The translations under genes and the position numbers were made by a program. The notes under the pieces were generated by a model. It saw nothing but the letters and a program-made list of their open reading frames with translations, made no database searches and had not been told where the DNA came from. From Candidatus Latescibacterota bacterium (GTDB lineage Bacteria > Latescibacterota > UBA2968), in the NCBI GenBank assembly GCA_965208125.1, contig OZ242320.1:704001-768000 (forward strand): a stretch of 64,000 nt of DNA, written 5' to 3'. Below are positions 29,298 through 37,626 of the stretch, piece after piece (position 1 is the first letter of the stretch; each line of letters begins with the position of its first letter).

Positions 29298-30631
29298 GCC
29301 TCGAATCCCTGCCGCATGCTCTGCTCATCGAGGTTGCGGCCGATGAAGACGAGCTGATTGCGCCGGGGCGCGTCTCCCCATGGACGCTCCGGCTGGCCGT
29401 CAAAGAGCATGTGAACCCCCTGGAAGACGAAGCGAGACGACTCACCCGCGAGGCTGATGAAGCCCTTCATTCGGAAGATGTCCACCCCGCGCTCACGAAG
29501 CAGTTCGCCAAGCCAGATGTCGAGCCTTTCGGAATCTACGTCGCCGTCCATCTCAATCGCGATCGAGCCGACCTCGTCGTCGTGCTCGTGCTGTGCGACC
29601 CAGGTACGCTCGACCTCTTGCTTGATTGTCGCTCCTTCCGCGTTCGTCAGTTGGAGATCAAACTCCTCCGCGGTGTGCTGGGCGTATAGGCCAACCCGCA
29701 CCTGCGTATCGACCTCCAAGAAGAACGACTTGCGCCCTGCGGAATCGAGTTGGAGATTCACATGCTTTCCGACAGGAATATCTTCCCCCGGGCGAATGAG
29801 CTCCGCAGGTTCGGCGTACCGCCGCACACTCCACTCCGCGCCCTCACGAAGGGCAGCGTCATCCGTGCCCTGGTCGGGCACGACGACGAGCGACATCGTC
29901 GGATCAGGTCCATCGGCGAGGCTGAGTTCGTAGCGGCCGATATCGAGCGAATAGACGCCAGTCCATTCGAACGGATACTCCGGCTCGAGGAAGGCGGGAC
30001 GACGCTCGAGCACCTGGTCCAGATCGAAGGCACCGAGGTTGAGTACCGTGTCCAGGGAGACGTTCGCTCGCTCGCTACGCACGACTTGCGCCATTCGGTT
30101 CATGTCCTGGATCCGAGCCTCGAGCCTGTCGAGCACCTCGCTATTGACGAGGTCCGTCTTGTTAAGAACAAGGACGTCAGCGAACGCGATCTGTTCCGTG
30201 CTCTCATCGCTTCGTCCGAGCTGCTGCTCGATGTGGGCTGCATCGACGAGCGTGACGATCCCGTCAAGCGCGAACTCCGCGCGAATCTCGTCGTCCATGA
30301 AAAAGGTTTGAGCGACCGGACCGGGATCGGCGAGCCCCGTGGTCTCAACCAACACGTAGTCAAACTTGTCTCGGCGCTTCATGAGGTTGCCGAGCACGCG
30401 AATCAGGTCTCCGCGCACCGTGCAGCAGATGCAGCCGTTCGACATTTCGAAGATCTCCTCGTCAGCATTTATGACGAGCTCATGATCGATGCCGACCTCC
30501 CCGTATTCGTTCTCGATCACGGCAATGCGCTTGCCGTGCTCCTCACTCAAGATCCGGTTGAGCAGAGTCGTCTTGCCAGAGCCGAGGAAGCCGGTGAGGA
30601 TGGAAACAGGTACTTTTCGCGGTGTGTTCAT
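29285..30631 (-). CDS. COG0523/CobW-family GTPase with internal insertion
   Basis: TGFLGSGKTT, ENEYGE, NGCICC, ETTGLADP, NKTD and FRMKG. Confidence 0.93.
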   Translation of the reverse strand: MNTPRKVPVSILTGFLGSGKTTLLNRILSEEHGKRIAVIENEYGEVGIDHELVINADEEIFEMSNGCICCTVRGDLIRVLGNLMKRRDKFDYVLVETTGLADPGPVAQTFFMDDEIRAEFALDGIVTLVDAAHIEQQLGRSDESTEQIAFADVLVLNKTDLVNSEVLDRLEARIQDMNRMAQVVRSERANVSLDTVLNLGAFDLDQVLERRPAFLEPEYPFEWTGVYSLDIGRYELSLADGPDPTMSLVVVPDQGTDDAALREGAEWSVRRYAEPAELIRPGEDIPVGKHVNLQLDSAGRKSFFLEVDTQVRVGLYAQHTAEEFDLQLTNAEGATIKQEVERTWVAQHEHDDEVGSIAIEMDGDVDSERLDIWLGELLRERGVDIFRMKGFISLAGESSRFVFQGVHMLFDGQPERPWGDAPRRNQLVFIGRNLDEQSMRQGFEACLI

Positions 30632-30941
30632 CTAGTTCTCCTGGAGCAGAGGTACGAGTATTGGAATTTGGACGTCGAATCCCCACGCCGTGCAGACCCG
30701 GACCAGATCCTTGGCGTCAACGGCGTCCATGGATTTGTGTAGCTTGTGAAGCTGTGGCACATCGGGCCGAAGCAGGCCGATCACGGTTTCGACGGGCGCG
30801 CAGCCTTCTGCTAGATGCATCAGCGCCCTTCCCGGCATGGCAATCGAGGCAAAAACAGGAACAGGAGGGGAGCGATCAGACAGTGGACCGTGCAGGGCGA
30901 CGCGACGATCCCCAATTGATTCCACCGCTCCTGGGCGACCG

Positions 30942-31334
30942 TCATGCCGCATTGCCACACGCATCACAGGTTCCGAGCAACACCACCTCATGTCCCGTCA
31001 TCTGAAACCCGTCTGGAACCAGGGAATCGAGGCCCTCGACACAACCGAAGAGGTCGAACGCGTGGTCGCAGGTCGAACAAAGAAAGTGATGGTGATGCTC
31101 GCGGTCCTTGGGCTCGTACCGAACGCCGCGGCCCAACACCTCGACCGACTCCAGCGTGCCTTCCTCAACACCCCTTTGGAGCGCGCGGTATACCGTGGCG
31201 AGACCGATACTCTCTCCGCTTCCGCTCAGGCGGCTCCACAGTTCCCTGGCGGATAGGGGGCCGTCCGCTTCGCTAAGGGCTCGCAAGACGGTTAGCTGCT
31301 GTTTCGCTCTCTGCTGTTGATTCGCTCTTTGCAT
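30942..31334 (-). CDS. Fur-family metalloregulator (probably Zur)
   Basis: IGLATVYRAL, HHHHFLCSTC and GTCDAC. ATG 31334 lies 6 nt after a -10 box. Confidence 0.9.
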   Translation of the reverse strand: MQRANQQQRAKQQLTVLRALSEADGPLSARELWSRLSGSGESIGLATVYRALQRGVEEGTLESVEVLGRGVRYEPKDREHHHHFLCSTCDHAFDLFGCVEGLDSLVPDGFQMTGHEVVLLGTCDACGNAA

Positions 31335-31340
31335 GAAGAA

Positions 31341-31369
31341 ATGATAATCAATTCTCACATTACTGTCAA
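31341..31369 (-). promoter_or_regulatory. Sigma-70 promoter with overlapping Fur/Zur-type palindrome
   Basis: TTGACA (31369-31364), 17 nt, TATCAT (31346-31341); palindrome tgataat-ca-attctca at 31342-31357. Confidence 0.8.
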
Positions 31370-31500
31370 GACTTAATGGGTGACTACTCCCAACGCTAAA
31401 GCTGTTGGGTTTTACGGGCTTTTCGGATAAAACCGTACACAACGGGTGCATCAACGGACGGCAGATGGTTGAGAAAACAGATCAAACGCAGAAAGGACGA

Positions 31501-31560
31501 TCAAAAAATCGGCGGGGAACTGCATTGAGGTGAGAGGAAAAACTGGTGGAAAAATCGGTA
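31501..31560 (-). pseudogene. 3' remnant of a third DUF2946-like leader gene
   Basis: Translates YRFFHQFFLSPQCSSPPIF*, versus FLSHQFFLSPQGRSPPVVS* in copy 1; in-frame stop immediately upstream. Confidence 0.7.
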
Positions 31561-31601
31561 TCAAGGGTTACAGTGACGAGTGACACAACAAACTTCCGAT
31601 T

Positions 31602-31988
31602 TCAAAGAATTTGAAATAGCGCATGATTTTTGAGAGCACGATCAAATGTGAGTGTTTTATTACATCCAGCTTGTTTGCTTTTATGACCAAGTAGATAATC
31701 CGAAAAATCTCCTTTATTTTTTTTATAATCGGCCAGTGCTTTCTCCATCAGTGCTTTATTGTCAAAAGCGAATTGACGTGTTTGAAGTATTTTTCTAAGT
31801 GTGTCTGAAATCGTTGACCTGTCATAATTATATGCCGTTTCCAGAACCCAAACCAGTTCGCACATGCCCATGGATGTGATGAAAAAGGAGACGTTATCTG
31901 TCTCAATTTCGCGTGCTGCGATTCTCGATTGTTCAGGATCATCTTGCGTAAGATAACGAACGAGTACATTGGTATCCAAGCCCATCAT
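31602..31988 (-). CDS. PIN-domain (VapC-like) toxin
   Basis: GLDTNVLVRYL, CELVWVL, DFSD and TFD. Confidence 0.9.
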   Translation of the reverse strand: MMGLDTNVLVRYLTQDDPEQSRIAAREIETDNVSFFITSMGMCELVWVLETAYNYDRSTISDTLRKILQTRQFAFDNKALMEKALADYKKNKGDFSDYLLGHKSKQAGCNKTLTFDRALKNHALFQIL

Positions 31989-32227
31989 TGATTTTTACTA
32001 CCTCGCAAACGAATAGCCCGTTTCATATCCTCAATAGAGACCGGCTTAGAGGGGGGGGGCAAAATACCTTTCAAATCTCGGACATCTCGCAGATTCGATT
32101 TTATAACCACATCTCCATTGTTTTGAATAACAATATTCAATCGGTCTCCTGGATGGAGGTGTAGATACTCCAGTACTTCTTTGGGCAAAAGCAGGTGACC
32201 ATCTTCTTTGAGCATTGTTTCAGCCAT
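31985..32227 (-). CDS. AbrB/MazE/SpoVT-family antitoxin
   Basis: G.LLLPKEV..YL.L.PGD.L; AAGGAGG SD; overlaps the toxin start. Confidence 0.85.
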   Translation of the reverse strand: MAETMLKEDGHLLLPKEVLEYLHLHPGDRLNIVIQNNGDVVIKSNLRDVRDLKGILPPPSKPVSIEDMKRAIRLRGSKNQ

Positions 32228-32266
32228 AGTGAACCTCCTTCGTTTCTGCTGCAAAATTTGCTTTTC

Positions 32267-32306
32267 TTTCATCATTTCGGCAAGCGTGAGACTGTATTTC
32301 TTCTGA
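32267..32306 (-). pseudogene. 40-bp fragment of the TonB receptor gene
   Basis: 36/40 identical to 22002-22041 (QKKYSLTLAEMMK versus QKKYSLTLAETMK). Confidence 0.75.
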
Positions 32307-32428
32307 GAAGAAAATTTAAGGGACTGACCTTAGAAAGTCAATCAATGTTCATATTAGGGAACCCGACCGCCCTTCACGATGTCTAATACCGTAAATCGTT
32401 ACCGCGCCCTACAAAAAGGAGCGACCCA

Positions 32429-33208
32429 ATGCACACCAGATGGTTTTTCCCCTTCGCTCTGTTCCTTACTGCCTGTATAGGCCCGTTAGACCCGAACAAT
32501 TCCGAATACATTGAAATCAGGGAAATAACCATCGGTCCTGCCCTGGCCAGATGCTACGGCGTGGGCGAACAGACCTGCATGATCGTTGACGGCTCATTGT
32601 TCTACGACGGCATAGAGGGCTTCAACTTTGAAGCGGGCTACAACTATCGTCTGCGGATCGGCAAATACGACCCCTATGATGGAAAGGAACCGCCGCAGGA
32701 TGCCAGCCAATACAGTTATCGCCTGCTGGAACAAATAGAAAAAACCCGCGCGCCATCCACTCCGACAACCATATCTGTGGGACCAACGCGGGTAAAATGC
32801 ACGCAAATCGACGACTTTTGCCTGCTGATTAACGGTGCGCCCTACAACGACATCATCACCCACTTCGATTACGAAGCCGGGTATCACTATACCCTCAATG
32901 CAAACCAGTACAGCGACGGGCGATACGTCTTGACTGAAATAGTCTCAAAAACTGAATTAACGGGCACAGAAGAAGAAATAACCGTAGGACCCCACAGAAC
33001 CCCATGCGGCGCCGTGTACTGCAACGTCGTCAACGGCGAAGCCTTCCTCAGTGAAATCGTGAACTTCCAGCCCCGGCACAACTACAGCTATCGCCTGCGA
33101 GTCGAACGATTCGACATGTTTTCCAGTAGCACAACCCCGCCGTCATCCAACATCCCGACCTACGGCTATCGCTGGCTGGAAACACTTGAGCAGAGCATCA
33201 ATAATTGA
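32429..33208 (+). CDS. Lipoprotein with three DUF4377-like repeats
   Basis: Lipobox LTAC; three I.VGP...C....C..V.G..F...I..F.(Y/F)E.GY.Y.L units; PPQDASQYSY. Confidence 0.78.
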   Translation: MHTRWFFPFALFLTACIGPLDPNNSEYIEIREITIGPALARCYGVGEQTCMIVDGSLFYDGIEGFNFEAGYNYRLRIGKYDPYDGKEPPQDASQYSYRLLEQIEKTRAPSTPTTISVGPTRVKCTQIDDFCLLINGAPYNDIITHFDYEAGYHYTLNANQYSDGRYVLTEIVSKTELTGTEEEITVGPHRTPCGAVYCNVVNGEAFLSEIVNFQPRHNYSYRLRVERFDMFSSSTTPPSSNIPTYGYRWLETLEQSINN

Positions 33209-33263
33209 TCCGCATCTGAGAAGTCTTCTGAGAACTATTAGATCATATCAGTGAATTTGTGGT

Positions 33264-33347
33264 TATAACTTTCTACAGGATATTTCTTCAAGAAAAGAGC
33301 CCCAGAATTGCGTTTGTCATTGCGGCATGATTTTGAGCCGCAACCCA
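33264..33347 (-). repeat. Left long inverted repeat of the accessory island
   Basis: Reverse complement aligns without gaps to 39946-40029 at 65/84 (39/45 over the inner part). Confidence 0.85.
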
Positions 33348-33375
33348 TTGGGAAGTTGTAATCTAAACTAATTCC

Positions 33376-35541
33376 CTAACTGGACTCCGCTTTTGACTGT
33401 TTACGCAACTCATCAATCTGCTGGCGGTCCTCACGTTCCTGGTCAGGTGTGTAGCTGGACCATAGCTGGCTATATATCTCCGCGACATAATCCTCTAACT
33501 CTGGGGACAGCTTTCGTTTGCTATCTACCAAGGCGAGTAGTTTTAATACCAAGATTTTATCAGCACGGTCACGCTGTCTCAGCGGAAACGCGCTGATCGC
33601 TATTGCAGTCTGCTCAGCCTCATCAATCGCGTCTAACAAGAGCCATAGCTGGCCCCAAAAACGCAGTGCTTCAAGGTTGAATTGCCCTCCATCACCAAAA
33701 CGATCCGAGGCGATGTGGATGATTTCAGGAATGATCATCTCGTCGTAGTGTGTATCTATCTCACCTTCGCGAGTGCTCTTAAGCTTTCGCTGGTCAATCA
33801 GAGCCCATAAGGCACAAGGTCCGACTCCCGAATCGCGTGCTTGATCCAGCAACCATGCGCCACTCGGATCGCCAAACTCAGCGGCATAGCGGGCCGCACG
33901 TTCTTCTACGATCGAGGCTTCGGTGCGGATAGATAGGTACTGTCCAGCGAAATGGGAGTGCCTCCACAGAGTCTCGGCGAGAGTGCGAACCGCGACAGGA
34001 TCAATTGTACGTCCGAGTTCTTTTAGCACTGGAATCGCGTGGAACGCGACCAAAAACCAGTGTTGCACGGCTCGGTCAGCGGTAATGAAAGCTTTGTAAT
34101 TCTCCTCAGCATCCCACACACTCAGCGACAATCCCCGACACTGAGCCGAGGCCCAACTCGGTAGATCAAGTTCCTCGCAAGACATGGCAAGAGCCGTGCC
34201 AAGGCCATTGATCCACTCGCGGTGGTGCCATTCACTCCAGTGCAAGAACAAATGGTTGCGTTCCAACTCCTCAGCAATGTGCTGATCGTGCAACTCGAGA
34301 GTTATTCGAGCGATCTCAGCGGCTCGCGCAGGCTCCAAATCGCGGATCTCCCAGGCAACATCCGCCAAGTGGCGGAGCCAAGTCGTTCTCCGGGTCAGGC
34401 GTAGGCCAGCGCGAAGTTCAACAAGCAGATCGTCGGACCAAGACTGGCGAACGAGGCGTGCGAGCAGTTCTGTGCCTGCCCTTTCAAGCTGCTCAATTCG
34501 GAGCGGCTTCTCCTGGCCGCCACCGTAGTGTAGCCCATAGGAGGCATGGCTGAGCAGTTCGCCGATCCATCGTGCGCACACCAGTGGATTGAACGCAGAT
34601 AGACGGTCAACTAAGCCTGTGAGGAGGCCTGCTGCTGCAATATTTAGGCCGTCGTCATCCCGCGGAATGCGGAGTTCCGTACTCCAATAGTGTTGATTTT
34701 GGTCTGAGCCCAAACGACTGGCGACCCGTAGATCGTCATCCAACTTGTTGACGGTGTTCAGCGTATGGTTGATCGCCAGCGCAATCAAGGCATCGCATGA
34801 ATCCTCGGTGATCCACTCCAAAGTCTTGCGGTAGTCCACTTTTAGGGCTACGGCGACCATGTGGTCAGCCGCCCGCGCCTGCACTACTGGATGATCCAGC
34901 ATCTCAATCAGGGATTCGAATAGCTCGGACCGCAATTCGACCACAAGTTCGATCAGATTGTCTACCGCACGATATAGTCCCCAATTGACTAAGTCGAAGT
35001 CATTGTCGAAATTCCGGAAGATCTCCAGCATCCCCTTGGACTCCATTTCTTTTTTTTTGATCTTGGCTTTGAAAAAATCTTGCGCTGCAAAGCCGGTATA
35101 GCGGGAGGGTTCAAGAACCTCGTCTTGTTCACAGCGCTCCTTTAGCATAGCAAGTGCGGCCTCGACAAACGAGTCAATCTCCTCAGAAGACCAGCAAGAA
35201 CGAATGATGCGTGCAGCCAAGTCGGCATCAATCGAGCCGATGGCCCAGATTGCGGTTTCCGAGCGAGCCGCCTTGATTTCCTCTAAGATCAGGCCTGCAA
35301 CCGGCTCACTCATATCAGACTTGAGCCATCGTTGATCTTCATGAGAATCGAACCACCCTCGGATTTCCGTGATGGCTCGATTCTGCTCGGTGCGGGAATT
35401 AATATGCTTTCGGATAATCGGCTCAATCAGTTCGTAAGTTGACCGGCCTGTTAGAGGCGATTCACCAGAGCCGAAGATCCGCCAGATAATGGCTTTTGCT
35501 TCGGCAGATAGAGAGATATTGGGTATGCTGTTGTTGGACAT
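33376..35541 (-). CDS. Uncharacterised 721-aa, probably alpha-helical protein
   Basis: Long ORF. ATG 35541 overlaps the upstream stop (TAATG). No recognisable motif. Confidence 0.8.
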   Translation of the reverse strand: MSNNSIPNISLSAEAKAIIWRIFGSGESPLTGRSTYELIEPIIRKHINSRTEQNRAITEIRGWFDSHEDQRWLKSDMSEPVAGLILEEIKAARSETAIWAIGSIDADLAARIIRSCWSSEEIDSFVEAALAMLKERCEQDEVLEPSRYTGFAAQDFFKAKIKKKEMESKGMLEIFRNFDNDFDLVNWGLYRAVDNLIELVVELRSELFESLIEMLDHPVVQARAADHMVAVALKVDYRKTLEWITEDSCDALIALAINHTLNTVNKLDDDLRVASRLGSDQNQHYWSTELRIPRDDDGLNIAAAGLLTGLVDRLSAFNPLVCARWIGELLSHASYGLHYGGGQEKPLRIEQLERAGTELLARLVRQSWSDDLLVELRAGLRLTRRTTWLRHLADVAWEIRDLEPARAAEIARITLELHDQHIAEELERNHLFLHWSEWHHREWINGLGTALAMSCEELDLPSWASAQCRGLSLSVWDAEENYKAFITADRAVQHWFLVAFHAIPVLKELGRTIDPVAVRTLAETLWRHSHFAGQYLSIRTEASIVEERAARYAAEFGDPSGAWLLDQARDSGVGPCALWALIDQRKLKSTREGEIDTHYDEMIIPEIIHIASDRFGDGGQFNLEALRFWGQLWLLLDAIDEAEQTAIAISAFPLRQRDRADKILVLKLLALVDSKRKLSPELEDYVAEIYSQLWSSYTPDQEREDRQQIDELRKQSKAESS

Positions 35542-37235
35542 TAGCGAATTTCCCGAACAAGAAGGCGTGTGGTGGTGCCCCCAACGGTCATTGCCCATAG
35601 CGACTTCGCTTCGGCGCGATAGATGCCATAGGGAAGACCAGCAAATGTAACTCCATCTTTGGGCCAGCCGTTGAGGGAGTGGGTGATGATAATCTCGCGT
35701 CTAGGTGTTATGAGATAACGATCGTGAAATCCAGGCGTGCCATCGTGCTTACGGAACGCCCGAACACTGACATGAGCCGTCAGGTGGTTAGGGTAACTCG
35801 ACCACCATGGTGACACATTGTTGTTATCCTTTTGTGTGCATAGGATACGCAAAGGACGGCCAGTAGTGGCAGCAAACATATCGAGGTATAGCTGTGTGCC
35901 TCTATTTCCCTTCAAACGGCCCATGAAATAGGGATCGGCTAAGTAGATCGGTTCCGTACGATCAGCATCTTGGCGCAGAAGATTAATGAAGTACTGGATT
36001 GCCTTATTGAGTTCGTCGGGGCCGAAGCGTGCAAAATTGCCTTCTCTGCGTACGGCAGCCTCTCGTTCGTGAACCCGACGATCAAGCCATAGTCGCCGGA
36101 TCCCTTTGTCGAGTTCGGCGCTATCTCGGTCGGACTGAACGTTGATTGTGGAGACCGTAGATGGATTGACACTGTGGGTGAAATGGCTTTTGCGTTCACG
36201 GAGATGTAGCGTTGGGCCAGACTCGATCTCCATGGAGACGGCGACTGCCATGACAAGAAGTACCTCCATCAAGTCAACACACTGTCCGTCACTAGTTCGG
36301 TAGATCTCAAAGCCAATATGATCTACATCCGAGGCGAGTTCGATCACGGTCTCGCCCAGCATAACCGAAACTTCTCGCCGAAGCACCTCGTCACCACTGT
36401 GGCTGGCCCAGACTGTGGCACGATAGGCCCCGGGCAGCAGTTCGTCCCCGTCCACCTGGAACCTAAGCGTTCGGTCATGACGCGCTACCAGATTGCAGGT
36501 AATCGCATCTTCTGCACCCGCAATCATGAGATTTCCGATCCGATCCGGGCGACGGTCGAGTGGGAAGCCCAGATGTGCGAGTTGAGGTAGCGCGTTGCCC
36601 TGGAACGATCCGATTACCTCGAGCCAGCGTTTGTGAGGCTCCGTCTTGAAACTCCAGTACTCGATAATCTCTGCACTGTATTTTGTGAACGGGCTACGCA
36701 TTGAGGCATCAGAGAGCGGGCGATCATCTCGATAGGCCCAATGTAGGCGGGGATTGGGTTCCAAGCTGTAGTGAACTTCAAGGCCATCTATCTCCAACGT
36801 TCCTGAATTCAAGATGTGATCAACCAATGCCTGACAGCACTCAAACGATGTATCGAACGTAAATAGCCGAAGTTCATGGCCAAGATCTTCGTTAGACCAG
36901 GTCTCATCCGGTTCGTTAGCCCAAGGCCCCAGCGCATCTTTCCGTCGGTGGCGTATGAGCGTGAACAGGTTGCAGGGCTGTGCGCCCGGATTCTGCCATG
37001 CTAGTACCGTCATCCGAGCGGTTCGATCCTTCATGTCCTCTTTTGTCACCGAGGCGCGAGTCGGTGAAACGAAGGAAAGCCCGCGTTCACGCGCCCAACG
37101 CACCGCTTCGTCGAGTGCTACAGACACATTGCGCCCGTTCCTTTGCACAGTCAGGTGCTCCCGGTGGATATGCTGGCGAACGTAAGTCTCGCTCTTATCC
37201 ACGGCCTGGGCTAACTCTGCAATAGTAAAATTCAT
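35541..37235 (-). CDS. N-terminal HTH plus C-terminal PLD-like (VPA1262/MIT_C-type) putative nuclease
   Basis: FTIAELAQAVDKSETYVRQHI HTH; C-terminal YLADPYF...FHDRYLIT...HSLNG. Confidence 0.7.
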   Translation of the reverse strand: MNFTIAELAQAVDKSETYVRQHIHREHLTVQRNGRNVSVALDEAVRWARERGLSFVSPTRASVTKEDMKDRTARMTVLAWQNPGAQPCNLFTLIRHRRKDALGPWANEPDETWSNEDLGHELRLFTFDTSFECCQALVDHILNSGTLEIDGLEVHYSLEPNPRLHWAYRDDRPLSDASMRSPFTKYSAEIIEYWSFKTEPHKRWLEVIGSFQGNALPQLAHLGFPLDRRPDRIGNLMIAGAEDAITCNLVARHDRTLRFQVDGDELLPGAYRATVWASHSGDEVLRREVSVMLGETVIELASDVDHIGFEIYRTSDGQCVDLMEVLLVMAVAVSMEIESGPTLHLRERKSHFTHSVNPSTVSTINVQSDRDSAELDKGIRRLWLDRRVHEREAAVRREGNFARFGPDELNKAIQYFINLLRQDADRTEPIYLADPYFMGRLKGNRGTQLYLDMFAATTGRPLRILCTQKDNNNVSPWWSSYPNHLTAHVSVRAFRKHDGTPGFHDRYLITPRREIIITHSLNGWPKDGVTFAGLPYGIYRAEAKSLWAMTVGGTTTRLLVREIR

Positions 37236-37270
37236 AGTGGTTACCTCAGTATCTATGTGGTCGCTTTAGT

Positions 37271-37315
37271 AATTGTAACATATTGTAAATTACAAATGTA
37301 ACTTACGCACGTCAA
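37271..37315 (-). promoter_or_regulatory. Putative promoter with TGTAA/TTACA repeats
   Basis: TTGACG (37315-37310), 17 nt, TAATTT; overlaps the ttgtaaattacaa palindrome and further tgtaa copies. Confidence 0.55.
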
Positions 37316-37536
37316 GTATTTTTTTCATCAGTTGCACCTGTAACTTGCTCATCTGGTCCGATCTCCTCAATATGGAAAGTCCTAACAGGTCATCAGTCAT
37401 CTCTACCTCAATACCGAATGGCGGTCTGTAGGATGCTGTTTTATTTCCCTCTCTACCGCTGTTGATCAGATGCAATCAGGCGTTGCTGATAGTGAAGAAA
37501 ATAGCAGTTTCTGTACTGGCCGGTGTGGCTTTCATA

Positions 37537-37574
37537 AAACAAAAGGGGCGTCGGAGATACTCTCTCCGACGCCC
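37537..37574 (-). terminator. Intrinsic terminator after the three-gene membrane operon
   Basis: Perfect 12-bp stem gggcgtcggaga/tctccgacgccc followed by cttttgtttt on the minus strand. Confidence 0.8.
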
Positions 37575-37626
37575 GGAACACTCGCCCATCTAAGCCAAAA
37601 ACCACAATGACCTCGATCCGCTACAC

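Noticed and set aside
30632-30991. 119-aa ORF between the Fur-family gene and cobW
   Set aside because: It overlaps the fur stop, has no convincing start or motif, and lies in GC-rich DNA. It could be a decayed gene but cannot be supported.
32355-32412. Possible REP element ending in cgccctac upstream of the DUF4377-like gene
   Set aside because: The arms pair poorly and no second copy was found in the window.
37290-37520. 61-aa ORF or possible gene remnant between the two island operons
   Set aside because: Short, no SD, and overlaps the putative promoter; no recognisable homology.
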